Below the pieces are notes generated by a model that saw only the letters and a list, made by a program, of their open reading frames with translations, was not told where the DNA came from and made no database searches. Below, piece after piece: positions 38,456 to 51,805 of a stretch of 64,000 nt of DNA; within the stretch, counting starts at the first letter, position 1; each line of letters opens with the position of its first letter. Made by a program: the position numbers and the translations under genes. Source of the DNA: Phoronis australis (Eukaryota > Animalia > Phoronida); assembly GCA_002633005.1 (NCBI GenBank), contig NMRA01000089.1:124001-188000 (forward strand). The letters run 5' to 3'.

Positions 38456-39559
38456 CTGAGAGAAAAAGTGAAATGAAAACACTGAGTTTCCATGACAGCT
38501 AACAGACACAACTGATTATAACAGTCGTGTAAAGTTCCATATTATGGCCAGCAAGACAAACGACACAGTGCTATTGCTAACTAATACACACATCTGAATA
38601 TCATTCTTGAGTTACTTGGATTTCATTACATTACGGTAATGATGACAAATAATTGCAAAAATAGCCCTTTCTTCATTTGGGATTGTAACATTGTTGTGAA
38701 CGCCCAAATTTTTCAGAGTATGTATTTGTAGGCATGGCAAAGCCAAAAATAAGAAAACAAAATTTTACTCGTCTGCTATATTGTGTCCTAAAACTATACA
38801 TAGTTTTTACTTAAACCGGCTTTTCCAAACAACGGAGAAATGACCAGACGTGTCTTACACATGTAGAGGTTAAAATTGTTGTGCAGTTCAACACTAGAGT
38901 ACGGAATGATTGCTTAAAGCCAGAAAAGGTTTCAAAAAACAGCAACAGAGAGCACTCTGATGTGCACCACATACAACCCAAATACAATATTTTAAACATT
39001 TATTCTAGTCACAGCAATTAAAGTAAACTTAAACAATTCTCTGTGGGTAGCAAAGCTATTTCCCCGAAAACCTAGCGGGGAACTTCTCAGTAATGAAAAC
39101 ACATATGCATGTGAGTACATGAAAACGGCACTAGGAGGCGTAGAATAGGTGTAAACCATCTGAAACGGGGTAGTTGCTATCGTCTGATTGGAAGTCATTT
39201 GTCAAAGTTCATGAACATCCAAGAAGATAATACAGAAAGAAAACACGATTTGCCACAACTACACCATAAGTCAGACGAGTCCCAAAATCAATGACGCCTG
39301 CCATACTTTAATAGGAATGCATATACTGAATTAATGAAGATCCACCATTAGGAACTTGATAAATATTTAGGTACAAGCAAAAAGGCAATTGGGGGAGCCA
39401 TTAGATGAACTGGACAAAAATCAACATCAACCATATTAAGCAATGCATCTGTCAATTTCATCAATATCTTTTAGCAATTTGGTAAATAGAACAGCTGGCA
39501 CCAAAAACATGCTCAAAAATAAGAATTTGTCACCCGTTGACCAAATTGGCCTTGCCGAC

Positions 39560-40270
39560 TCTGGAACATGCATTTTTAAGGTTTTTTGATTTTTGAACAA
39601 AATTGTAACCTCGAAAATGACGTCAAGTTCAGTCGCCTGAAGTTGTTCTACCAATACTTTAGTACAAAATACGAACAAAATCTTAAGTTTTGTTCCTGAG
39701 ACATGCCGTCAACAACACTTTTCCAACTTCAATTTATTTTCATTCTGTGACCTTAAAAATGAGATGAACCTAGGTCACCAAAGTCACCTTCCATGACAAG
39801 TTCCCTTAACTACACCTCAGAAAAAAATATGAACATAATCTAAATCTCTCTACATGAATTTTCATGCAAAATTTTCCACAGGCATAACTTGATTTTCTCA
39901 CTGTGACCTTGAAGATCCATCAAGGTCATAAAAATCATATGGCACCAGGAATTAACCTAGCTACACCTTGGTACAAAACATGAAATGTAAATCTCCCTTC
40001 TTGAGATACGTAATGCACAAACAACATTTTCCCAAGTTGAACTTCAATTTCTCACTTTGGTTTTGAAAATGACGTCAAGGCTACCAAATTCAGGTGTCGT
40101 CTGGAAATGCCCCAGCTATACCTTGGCATATGAATGACAGTTGATGCTTGCTTGACAAAATCTGCCAGCAACTTCAGTATGATGTACAGTCAAGTAATGA
40201 CAAATCTATGGACAGTAGTGCATACTCTGTCCCCTGCTTTGCAATAATGTACAGACCGGGATGATAAAAA
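39560..40270. mobile_element. Degenerate dispersed repeat (gtgaccttgaa-rich non-autonomous element type)
   Basis: Repeated 'gtgaccttgaa/aatgacgtcaag/ctacacct' subunits and a terminal cccc...gggga hairpin. Confidence 0.35.
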
Positions 40271-43200
40271 TGGCCATTAGTGGAGGCAGAGTAAGTTGAA
40301 CCATCTGTAAATTTTATGACAGGAACTCTGTACAGATGTAAATGTAAAAACTGAAATTTCCGATAAGGGGGAAAAAGACAATAAATTTGTACGAAATTGG
40401 GTGGGTGCTGTTCTACTTATTACAGGAAACTGTCTGCAGATGCTCGGCTGGACGGAGACTGGATGTATGCATGAAATGCCACTTACATAAAGAATGTGCA
40501 TGTGTAGTGATTATGGTGGCTCTTTGGTTAGTTGTATCAAAAGTAAAATACATTCCTTAACCTTCCTTGTAATGCAACAATAAAGATACTTGAAAGTCTT
40601 CCAAATAACTGATTGGAATTTTCAAACAGACAACATCCAGTCTGAAGTAAGCATGATGCAGGAACCATGGCAGTGCATGTAAAGTAGTAATTATCTAACA
40701 CCATCATTACAAAGGGGAATCACCTCGTCAAAGAACGGGAACATAAAACGATTCATACTAAAAATTAAACAGCAAAATGCCAAGACTGTATTTACACATC
40801 AAGAACTTTCACAAATATTGCAGGCCAAATCTGGCATTGACGGACTCTGAGAAGCAGCCAAGTTCAGAAATCTCAAAACAATGATGAAATCCTGTACCCG
40901 ACATATATTGCTTGTTCAGCGACACCAAAGCAGTGACTCCACAATGCATTTTTTAATGACTATTGTAAAAAGCATTCTCAACACCATGCACAATTTGAAA
41001 ACTTGTAGACATCTCAATGCTACTAACAGGAAATTGTTTCAGTTTAGAAAACTTATATTTCGACACTTTCTGTAAAACTTCTCGTGTGGGATAAACTCAA
41101 AATTTGGGATCCCAAATTTCAAGCTGAAATTGAATTTTATTGATTTTGAACATTGTGATAGGCAATTTTGGCAAGCATCATATTCCCCAAGTATCAGATG
41201 CACCATATTCCCCCAGTATCAGATGCACCATATATCCCCCCAATAACCGATGCACTATATTCTCCAGTATCAGATACACCGGAAACCGTATCAACATGAA
41301 AATTACTAACTATTTTGCAGAAACAGTCCTGAGTAAAGAGTGTGGAAAAACATGAAACTACTTGCAGCTATATATTAACACAACTGTGTAAGCATGCTAT
41401 AAATATTGTCATGTAAGTTAAAAAAAAATAGATGTTCTGATTCTGAGGCAGGACACAGGTTCAAAAACTCAGTAGACAGTTGGCAACTATATGTCAGAGC
41501 CAAGATCAAGCTTCGGCTTACTCTCTCACAGACAGATCATACTGCTTACTCATAAAGTCATTGGTTTACCTAAAAAGTTTATGAGACGAGACAAGAAATC
41601 AAGAAAATATTTTCAAGGCTGGGAAGTAATCGACCAGATCAAAAATAATGCTTGGGGACAACGCATTCGACACGTAGTTAATGAAAGGGTTCAAAGTGAC
41701 AATCTCCTGAAAAGGGGTGTGATTTCTTGTTGTCGCAATGTTCGAGGATTTGTAATTCTGAGAGGAACTGTTATAACTCTTGAATTTGGAACGGCCAATA
41801 CTGCCCATTTTCCTAAAATTTGTAGATCCAGCCTTGAATAAAAGAATTGAATTTTGCCTGTACCAAATCGGGGAATTTTCAATGTCGGTAACAGGAATTA
41901 TTTCAGTAGAAACAAATGACCTCTTCAACATATGTTCTTGTTTTTAAAATATGTTTACATTCAAAGAAACTAGGACTCTCCACACAGTAACAAGGCAACA
42001 ATCCAATGAATGATCCACACCAAGGAGAGGCGCACCCTTGTGTCGATATTTACATTACACAGCTGAAAATTGGAACAAAGCACCAACCACATCAATAGTT
42101 GAGCTCCCGCTTGTATTTCAATATACCAGAAATTTCGCAAGCAACTTTTTGAAGGAATTGTGTCCACCAATCCGTTGTGCATCCCAAAACAAATGACAAT
42201 GCCAGACAGTTACTGAGCGTTGTTGGCAAACAATACTCAAGCATACAGAGTAATTCTAGTATTTGTGAACAAATATCTGACAAGTCAAAGATAGGAAATA
42301 TAAGAGTGTTGATCAAGGCGGCACTGCTCCCTAGGTGGCGCTGATGAAGATCAACTTTCAGCACCCGAGTTGATAGACAGCAGAAAACAGCTCATCCGCA
42401 CAGGAGTGTCTGTGGGCTCAGTAGCAGTAGCGCTCCTATGTGTCTCAGAATCCTGGGAATTTTGGAGGAATATGATTGCAAGAAGTTTTTCCACTGAATC
42501 TGTTGCACCTCCAAGCAATCGAGAATCCTCGCAAGTTCTAGTCTCTATTGGAAATCCTTAAAAATGCCCTTGTCCAGCAATATCACTTACTAATTTATTC
42601 AAATATAAGTGGGAGAGCACAAGCTGTAAAACTGCCATCAGTGCACAGCAGTCTAGCTTGGAATGCTCATGAATAATACCCCGGAATTAATTCAGCAAAA
42701 TTTGATGCAACTGAGAATCACAGCCAACTTGTGTCCCGATGCAAAAACTTTTCCAAGTGAAAATATCGACATTATTTCCACACGAACGCAGCTCCACACG
42801 AATGCAGCACTATTATGTCCAAGAAGTGAAGCACTTAATGCTGTATAATTAGTCTTAACTTGTTACCGATTTACTTTATTGAGAAGTGATTTCTGGGTTT
42901 TGCAAAGATCTGGCAGTTCATTAATTATTCAGAAAACGCTGGGTGCATAACTGACACACCCCTGACAAGCACGCGTGCACAACCTGGTGTCAAGTATTAA
43001 TCAACTGCAAGTTCTTTACAAGCCCTAAAGCCATCTCCAATTTACTGAAGGATCAATTTGAGACCAATGTCGTTATGACAAGCAGTCTAAATAAAAAGCT
43101 AGTCATTGCAATATAATGAGACTTTACAGAAATACTGAGATTATTTCAAGCAATTTTCACATAGGAACACAGTAATGCATGTGCTATTGTGATAAACTAC

Positions 43201-43972
43201 ATCACATATGATACAGGTATTAAACAAAGTCTAATGAAAGACAATGTTGGCTTGCACCTGTCAGTTTCTCACTACAACCCGACTATGCAAGAGAACAGCT
43301 GCTCCTGAAGTTTCTTCTGTGTGGTACTTAGTATTGTGTACACTTAGTATACTGTTTACTAGTATTAAGTATACTAAGTATAGTTCTTACATAAGTATAA
43401 TGTATACTATTATAGGGTATACTTAGTATACTATGTACTAGACATATTATACAGTATACTTTGCATTATGTATGCAGTGTAGAGTATACTTCATATAGTG
43501 TATACTTCATATAGTGAATCCTTAGTAAGTGTAGTATATGGTTAGTAAAGTGTGTATTATTATAGTACATTATTTAGTAAAATGTTAAGTTAGCATAGTG
43601 TATACTTAGTATACTATTACTAATATTAGTGTATACACGCCACTAGTCATTTACTGCACACGATTAGGTAAAATCTAGAAATCTAGTACTTAATACTTTC
43701 TTAATTAGCACAAAAAACTTGAAACAGAATTTGAAGAAAAGTGTTAAGTTGCATGCAGAAGAACACAGAGAATGACAACAGTAAAATTGTTTAAAATCTG
43801 TACGACACAGTGTTAAAGTTATAATTCACTAACTCAGTAACCCTCTCCAGTGTTGTCAGACATCACACTTTGAACAAGCAAATGTATACGTCAATACAAT
43901 TAATCATACAAAACTGTATGTGAAGTGACATAAAAATGGAATCAAAATAAGTGACACTGTTTCTATGGTTAC

Positions 43973-43990
43973 CTGACTGCCAGGAGAACA
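43973..43990 (-). CDS. Nrxn: Candidate neurexin 18-nt microexon at the SS4-equivalent position (VFSWQS)
   Basis: cttgttccttgtttctgttgtgtgaacag|TGTTCTCCTGGCAGTCAG|gtaacc, phase 1-1, no stop codon. Confidence 0.6.
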
Positions 43991-44838
43991 CTGTTCACAC
44001 AACAGAAACAAGGAACAAGCGTCAAACATTATACATGCTCACGAATTAAGAGACATACCCTTGACATATTCATATTTATAAAAAACTAATATAAAGTGTG
44101 CATCCCATTAAGTAGATACTTCTGCCACCTAGTTACTGGAAGTGTGCCTTCTTATGTGAAGGAAGAATTTCCCACAGTCTAATGTGCATACAACGTCTCA
44201 CACTATCCATAAAACAGTAATGTCAGTGTACAAAATTACTGGAAGTCTCAGAGACATGATGTACAAAGACATTTAATGAGATATTTGTAGCAACAATTAA
44301 TACTTCCAAAGGGAAACTTCACCAGCATGGATGCTAAATAGGGCTTTTCGGATAAAAATTCTACTTTAAAATCTTTTTAGAATGAAATTTCAAGCAAAAA
44401 ACCTTACTGGGTAGTTAATGTCAGAGGTAAACCCTTACTGATAGCGGTCTATGAAGTCATAAAATATTTCCATGGAAACAGTTCATGACGACAGACATTT
44501 TTCAGGTATTATTTCATCTTCAATGTTTTGAACACGTGGCAACATGAACAAAAAAGCTGGTCGTGTTAAGGAGAAGTGCATGAAGACAGCAGTGAAAACT
44601 ATTAACTGATATCACTGAACAGTTGCTGAGGATGAGAAGGTTGCTACAATACCAGTGCCAATACTTAGTAAATTTGAATACAACAATCTTTCGATCCTAA
44701 GCTAAAGTAGATCAGATTTAACAAGTTATGTTCTGAGAACATGAGTGAGGTAACCTTACATTGACTATTCACCGTTCCCTGCATCTAAATCTAAGGCTAT
44801 CAGACAAACGTGTAGGATATTAATGAATTTATACATAC

Positions 44839-45010
44839 CTTCGGGGTTCTTAAATTGTACATTAGAGTCGTCCACCTGTATAGTCGAGTTAGGGCCTGAC
44901 CGTGTGAACCTAACCACATGATATTCCTCATCGTTGACTGGTATGAACCACTCACCAATAGGGTGATCAGCGTTACCCATGTTGTACTTTACAAATATAT
45001 TGCCATTCAG
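44839..45010 (-). CDS. Nrxn: Neurexin LNS6 middle exon (LNGNIFVKYNMG...YHVVRFTRSGPNSTIQVD...NPE)
   Basis: Contains the hallmark YHVVRFTRSG. ttttcag| acceptor and G|GTATGT donor. Confidence 0.97.
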
Positions 45011-46950
45011 CTGAAAACAGAAAATGCAGCCCTTTATATACAACATAAAGTTGCCCCATTTTCAGACACTCAAAAGTAATTCCAATAGAACAGTATTTCC
45101 TTCAAATGACATTTATTTTGTCACCTTTAAGTTTCCTTGTAAACACAGACCTGTAATACATATTGTATCTTTGAAAAATTAAATGACATGTACAAACGTA
45201 ACTACCAAACATCATATCACTTTACAAAGACGGACTTAACAATGCCACAAAAGCTCAAAATAATAGCACCGTGACAGTTGTAGAGAACAAACTTTGACAA
45301 TAATGAGGTAAGATTTCCCTTTCTTTATTTTAGTTGAGAAATTTCACAAAAATAGAATGTAGAAAAAAAACAAGAAACAAATTTGATGTAAATATCCGTA
45401 ACATCAGTGGAACTGATATGTTTATGCAGAAGACTAACAGATAACAGGGACTGACAGGCAGATAAGAGCCATGATTTCAGCTGTTTTCATAGTACTAAAA
45501 CACTAACTAATACAGTGCACGGAGCGACTTCACGTTGCAGATTCATAAAGACAAAAGTGTGCACCACACCTTCATTAACAACACACAGTTCATCTCAAGC
45601 AGACAGTTCCCACATAACTGATCTAGCAAATAATTCCAGTCAACTTGGGCGTGGAAATATTTGATCAGGATAATAGTCAACCTGCATGAACTTGCATGGA
45701 AATCAACAATGGCAGGAAGACACGCACTACAGAATTTCTAAAAAATATTTTCCAAAGTTTGATAGAAAAAAACATTGACAAGTGGAAGTTTTAAACAGGA
45801 GAGCATGTCCGTACACGGATGGATGAAAATTAAGAATGGGTCCAAATCATGCTGTGAATCGTACACTATCAGTTTATAAAACCACGCTTGTGATGTTGAA
45901 ACATGGTAATATCACTCCTCTGCATTTTAGCTGATCTGCCGGCGAATCAAAAAATCATTGCTATTAGTGACCAACAACTAGACTGCAAGCCAATATGAAC
46001 TGAGTGTGACTTGATATTCATGCTAGGGTCACTGAACTCGACTGACATAAAGAGCTACCCAACCTCCACCTTATTAACAAAAAAGGAACAAAATGAGCAA
46101 AGCTCCCTTCTAAGATATCATGGCAGCAACATAGTTTGACGTACGGTACAGTTGTGAATACTTATGTCTCCGCCGTGTCAGACAATAAGGACAAAGTCAT
46201 TCATTGTCACATTCATAGGAAGACATCTTCCAGATTTCACAAAATGTCAATTAGATACAGTCGCGGATGCAAAACTCCCCCAGGTGCCACAGTAGTCAAG
46301 CTCATAATGATAAACAGTTTGGAGATAGAGAAGACGCCAAAAACTTGAATTGAAGATAATAAAAATGGCCAATAGTAGGTGCAGAACATGTCAAATATGT
46401 CCAAAAATGGTACGGCATCATCGTTTCCTAAATAAAAATCCAACCGCCATATCTCATGAAAATCCATATAGGAGCTGAGGCAAACGTAAAAATAAATTGC
46501 CAGTAGGGGCACAAAGGTATAGTCGGATTGGTATGAAACTTATCATCACCTTCATAGGAACACATCTGCCAAATCTTAAGTTATGATCCTGCCAGAGGTT
46601 TAGGAGACAGAGAAGACGGTAATATGCACCCACAGTTATGTACGTATATGTGGGCGCACAAAAAGTGAAAACAATCATCTTGATTAGTTAGGCAACTTTT
46701 TATCTTAACATGAAATCACAGGTCTTCCTCCAGACAAAGACTCCTGGCTTCCTTCAAGAACTTTGACCATTCCAAATAGATGAGCTTGTAACTACAGCGA
46801 TGGTCTATCACCATGAAATGACTTACATAATCTTGGTGTTCGACAGGCGCTGATGACATTTTTGAAAAAATTGTAAAACGAACACCAAAGACAGTATAAG
46901 ATACCATGTAGCTATATTGTATTATTATATTACATTGGATATACTCTTAC

Positions 46951-47129
46951 CAGCTCCATTTCAATGAAATCATCAGAGTTGTAACTCTCCACACGAACCA
47001 GTACTGCATTCTGTTGGCTGGTGGTAAAACCAAGAGCCAAGTGATCAGTGTCGACATTAGGCCTGCCATCTCGTGGAAAGGTGAAGGTGATCACACTTGG
47101 TATGTCCCCAAACTGGTAGGCAATACTCT
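46951..47129 (-). CDS. Nrxn: Neurexin LNS6 first exon (SIAYQFG...DHLALGFTT...DFIEMEL)
   Basis: ccttcag| acceptor (phase 1) and CTG|GTAAGA donor (phase 0). Matches the neurexin RP-x-D-x-LA-x-GF motif. Confidence 0.95.
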
Positions 47130-48271
47130 CTGAAGGTTAAAGGCAACTCATCAAAAGGTGTTTTGTTTCAGCCAATAGAATATGTTGCCAAACAATGAGG
47201 GTAAACAGTTAAAAAAAGACATTGAAGCCTGTTTCAGTGATTTCATCCATAACTGTTAGTGGCATGTTGCTGCACCATTTTTCCCAAACTTTAAATAGCA
47301 TTATTCAGTTAAAACATCACTCTTGGTATCGTGAAAATGAACCGTTCTTCTGAGATGAGCTTTCTTTCAGAACCCTTTTGGATCAACTCAACTGTAGTAG
47401 AAGAGGAATGTCTAATGTAAACAGCCAAGTTAGTTGAACCTTTCACACAGACTTTGGTTGTCAACGAGCTCTGAACACTTATACTCCTGCTCGGTCATTC
47501 AAGTCAATATCTCAAGAAATGTTACTCATATGCAATTTTTTATAATATAATGACTCATGTACCGTGTTTAGCCGCCAAAAAACAAAAAATAAAGCAAAAA
47601 GGCATCTAAGCTCATCAAATTGGTCTCATAAGATTCCTTTCCATGATAAAGACTTGATTTCCAACAAGAAGGTTGATACCATCAGTGACTTAAGAAAACA
47701 GAGTTTATTATGGTTGGCTAATGGCAAATTAAAAAATTGTACAAGTATTGCATCCTGGCTCATTGGTAAACAATTTAAGATCAGATGAGTGTGGCAATAT
47801 TTTTAAACCACATAGTGTTTTGGTAAAAAAACTGAACATTGATAGCTAGACAGCAGCAAAATGCTACTTTACGTTTGCAGAGGATGAGGAGCAAGGTGGA
47901 TTTTTCCCAGTTCTCTTGGTGTCATGGGACAGGGTTATTGACCTCGTGCAACATTATGCAACAAAACAGCGATTTTGTCCCACTTTGCAGCAATGTTTGG
48001 AAGCCTAAAAGAGGCATGTCAAAAATTGATGCAACCATGAAAAGCGTCTGCTATAAATTGAATATGCTAATGAGAATTTAAAATTTATCCTCAATTTCCT
48101 GGTTAAATATAACTTTATCTGAAATTGCATAATCCAATAGTCAGCAGTACTGTCAAACATTAGCTAAAATCAAACCATCTGGTACACGTCACTATTCCAG
48201 CACATAGACACATCACATAGGTAGCACCTTTACAATGTGAACGTGCGAAGGATGTCATATCACATACGTAC

Positions 48272-48391
48272 CATCTTTACAATGTGGACCTGTGTAGGAT
48301 GTCATATCACAGTTACACACAAAGTTATCCCATCGCTCAATGCATTCACCCATATTATCACACGAGTCTTCCTGACACCTGTTCTGTTTAC
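48272..48391 (-). CDS. Nrxn: Neurexin EGF3 exon (KQNRCQEDSCDNMGECIERWDNFVCNCDMTSYTGPHCKD)
   Basis: Six-Cys EGF domain with CDMTSYTGP, phase 1-1. Confidence 0.97.
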
Positions 48392-49252
48392 CTACAGTTG
48401 AATGTATAGTTAGTGGTGAGTCAGTAAATCCCATTGCAAGTCATATTGTGAGGCATGGTCTTTCTCTGGCCCAAAACAGGTAAGCTCAAACTATCATCAA
48501 ACAGTGAAGAGTTTAACAAGCCAAAACTATACCACGTTTGTGTTACAGTAAAAATTCTCCAAATTGGGACAGTAAAACATTAATTATTTTGCTCAACGTT
48601 GGAGTTTGTACCAAATTTTAGAAATAGGCAATATGCCCAAATCGCCCATGTTCAAAATTTCAGAATTAAAAAAGTCACTTTTGCCTTAAATTTCAGTGTC
48701 CCAAAGTTTAGAGACTGTACCAAACTGCAGAAGGTTTACCGTAACTTGGCTTACTCCAGACGTTGACTCATTTCTCCTGGCAAAAACAAAATCCAAAATT
48801 ACTACAACTTGTCATAGAAATAAGCTTGCCCAAAATGATAATACACGGTAAAAGTTTCAATACAGAAGATAAAACAAACTCAGTGAGGCTGACATTTGTA
48901 TTTTGGGGCCTTAATCTCTCGATTTTGGGACTGAACATTGGTCCCATTCCCCTATGAAAAATATTGAAAAATCAAATGAAACTCAACTCATGAGACCCGA
49001 AAATTCCTCTCGAGTGTTTGAAAAACACCCCTCGAGGCTCGAATCACTTGTAGCTCACACAGGTGGCAATTTGAAAGAGCACAAGTTAGGTTTGGATACT
49101 TAAGGCAGAGTCTATGAGGGCTTGTAACAAGGTGGGGGGGNCCTCACCCCAAAAATTCTCCTCTCAAAAGGCACAGGCACCTTTCCCCTCAGGTGATCGA
49201 GGGCCCTGTATTTCAATCCATTTTGGGCTTGAAGAGGATAACTAGTCCTCAT

Positions 49253-50677
49253 CACAGGTGAGAAACAACATGACCGCCGGTCCTCTAAGTTGGACTGACT
49301 CACCCAAAACAGGACCTCCGGGATCAAATGGGACCGCCGCACCAGAAAATGGGACTGATGCACTTAAAAACATGACAGCCCCACCACGAAACAGGACCGC
49401 CAGGGACTGAACATGACCGCCGGACAAAATGTAGTTATCAAGGCCTTTGTACGAGTGCGAGTTATGACGTAACCGGTCAGCTAGCTGTGTAAAGACTCGC
49501 CAAAATAAAGCTTGGTAGCACTGCCATTATTGAGCTCCGTTACATCCCCGAAATTTCCCACAGCCCGGGTATAGTTCTGCTCGTCACCTCGTCGTGAAAC
49601 TTATAACATGTAGAGCTAGTGAGCGGAGCAGGCGCATGCAAAATCTAGGAGTCAATCAGCACTCACCTTGCAGGTTGTAGCCGCTTGAGTGAAAAACAAT
49701 CTAATGAACGTCATTTGTTTGCCTATTGTAACTAAAAAGTCTGTCACGCTCGTGACATGAGCACGCGCCATTTCCTAAAATTTGCGACATCTTTCAGAAT
49801 TAAGATGATGACTCAACTTCGCAGCAGCACAATTTGTTCTGAAATTCGGTTTACTGGCATTAAAATACTAAAAACTTTTGACGAAATGAAACCAGTTCCG
49901 ATAATTTGTTGTGCCATGTACGCAACCTCGTAGAAGAGCTGCATGATTGAAGAATCGGTGAAAAAAGGAACTGGTCAATGTAAGCCGACCTAAAAGAATA
50001 CATCTCAATTTTAGCAGCAGAATAATGACAGAATGACAATTTTTCCTGGAGAGTGCCAATAAATAATTCAGTTTACTCAAGGAAGAGTATCGTTAATAAC
50101 ACCAATTTGGTGAAGATTTTATATTTTCAGTGTCTTACCCACGTCGGCGCCAAGTTGTATATTTGGTATACTGCTTTGCCACACAAAGGCTAGTTATGAT
50201 GCTTCACTCGAGAACCAGAACGCCCGTTTTTTTTCTTGGCTAAAACGTCAAATTGGAGAAAACTATTTTCGTTTTGTTCTAAAACTTACGCAGTGGTGAA
50301 TAAAGTTATAATTATTTAGCTCAAAAGCGTTCAACGTGGTTGGTTTGTGGCTAAAACTCAAAAGCACTGCGTGTTACAAAGCGAAATGTCCTGTAGCGCA
50401 CAAAAGATTTCGTTGGATTTATCGGCACAAGACCTGCATATGCATACATATATAGCTCCATTGTATGATCTGTGTAGGCCAACTGGTAATAAATCTTAGC
50501 TTGTTAGTCATTGCGGTTTCAATCCCCAGCGGTCCAGTTTTCTGGTGGGTGGTCATGTTTTTAGGTGCGTCAGTCCCATTTTGTGGTGTGGCAGTCCCAT
50601 TTGATCTTCCGAGGTCCTGTTTTGGGTGAGTCGGTCCGATTTAAGAGGACCGTCGGTCATGTTGTTTCTCACCCGTA
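49253..50677. mobile_element. 1.4-kb non-autonomous DNA transposon with ~165-bp imperfect TIRs and a 5-bp TSD (CTCAT)
   Basis: ctcat|cacaggtgagaaacaacatgacc...ggtcatgttgtttctcacccgta|ctcat. No transposase ORF. Confidence 0.85.
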
Positions 50678-51046
50678 CTCATATTGGCTTAGAATTTTGT
50701 GGACGGTTGAAAAGCATGGATTTCGTTCACAAACAATTGGCTTTATGAAATTGATATACAAGGTCAGTGAAAGAAGTTTTTCATGAACGCTGCTCTTAGT
50801 CATACAACTGTGACAACTGGACTGTGTAACACAGCTTAACAAAAATGTTTATGGTCCTGGCTGATAAATAATTGTTTTATTAACCTCTATTGATTTTGAA
50901 TAGCCAAGCCCAGAATGCAAAAACACCTGACACAGACAATAAAATAATTCATCACAAAATCGTTCAAAAACAGGAGCAAGTATCCCTAGGAAATAGATTT
51001 AACAATTCGAGTTGGTCAAAAGAACCTGAAATTCCCACTTATTTAC

Positions 51047-51805
51047 CTTCACACCCTGCCATCACCAGATTCTTGTTGTTAATTGCGATGGCTCCCTCAA
51101 GGAGGTCATTCTTTAGTCCATTCAACTCCAGTGAAGACATGCAGCCTTGAAAGCCTGTACGTGAAACTACAGGACTTGGCAGGGCGTAGTACTGAGAGGT
51201 TGGCATTCCGCCAACAAACAACTCCCCCTCCAGGTCAAAATGAACAGAGTTCGATTCTGCGTGCATCTCATACATGGAGGAATACAAATCTACTTTTAGA
51301 ATATGTTGACTGAGTGTTGGCCTAAGTATGACGATGGAATGCCAAGAGTTGTCATTTAGAGGCAGTGGATTGTTAGATTTAAGCAGTCTTGCACCGTCGC
51401 CAATGTTGAATGTATAGTGAATGAACCCATCAACGAGCTCCAGAGAGAAGAAATCCTGACTCTTGCCCCTGTTGAATAATAGTAGTCCATTCAACTCTAA
51501 CGTCCTCAGTTGGAAGTAAAGAGTGAATGTGGAATGCACAGCTAGTTTGGGTAACATCACGTAGGATTCACGTGACTTGAATGTCACTGGGGACAAGATT
51601 GGCAGTTTTTCACTGTCGAATTTGGCAGTGATGTCGACACTGTCCAAGCTGCCAGTGCTGGCCTTTTCAAACAAATGATTTCCGTTAAAGATCAACTGTT
51701 GCATGGACCCAATGAAGTTGGAGTACTTGACCCCCTGGTCACTCAATGTCCCGCCAACGTTCATCATCCTGAGCGCCATAACATTGGCCTCTCCTTGTAC
51801 AGAAT
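51047..51805 (-). CDS. Nrxn: Neurexin LNS4 end and LNS5 exon
   Basis: Motifs NFIGSMQQLIFNG, PVTFKS, LNDNSWH and GFQGCMSSLELNG. Phase 1-1, 759 nt. Confidence 0.97.

Noticed and set aside
41491-42561. Several 60-116 aa ORFs in the SS4 intron as a large insert exon or nested gene
   Set aside because: They have in-frame stops or weak donors, and no domain similarity.
47130-48217. A beta-neurexin-type first exon upstream of LNS6
   Set aside because: I found no ATG plus signal peptide with a phase-1 donor in this intron.
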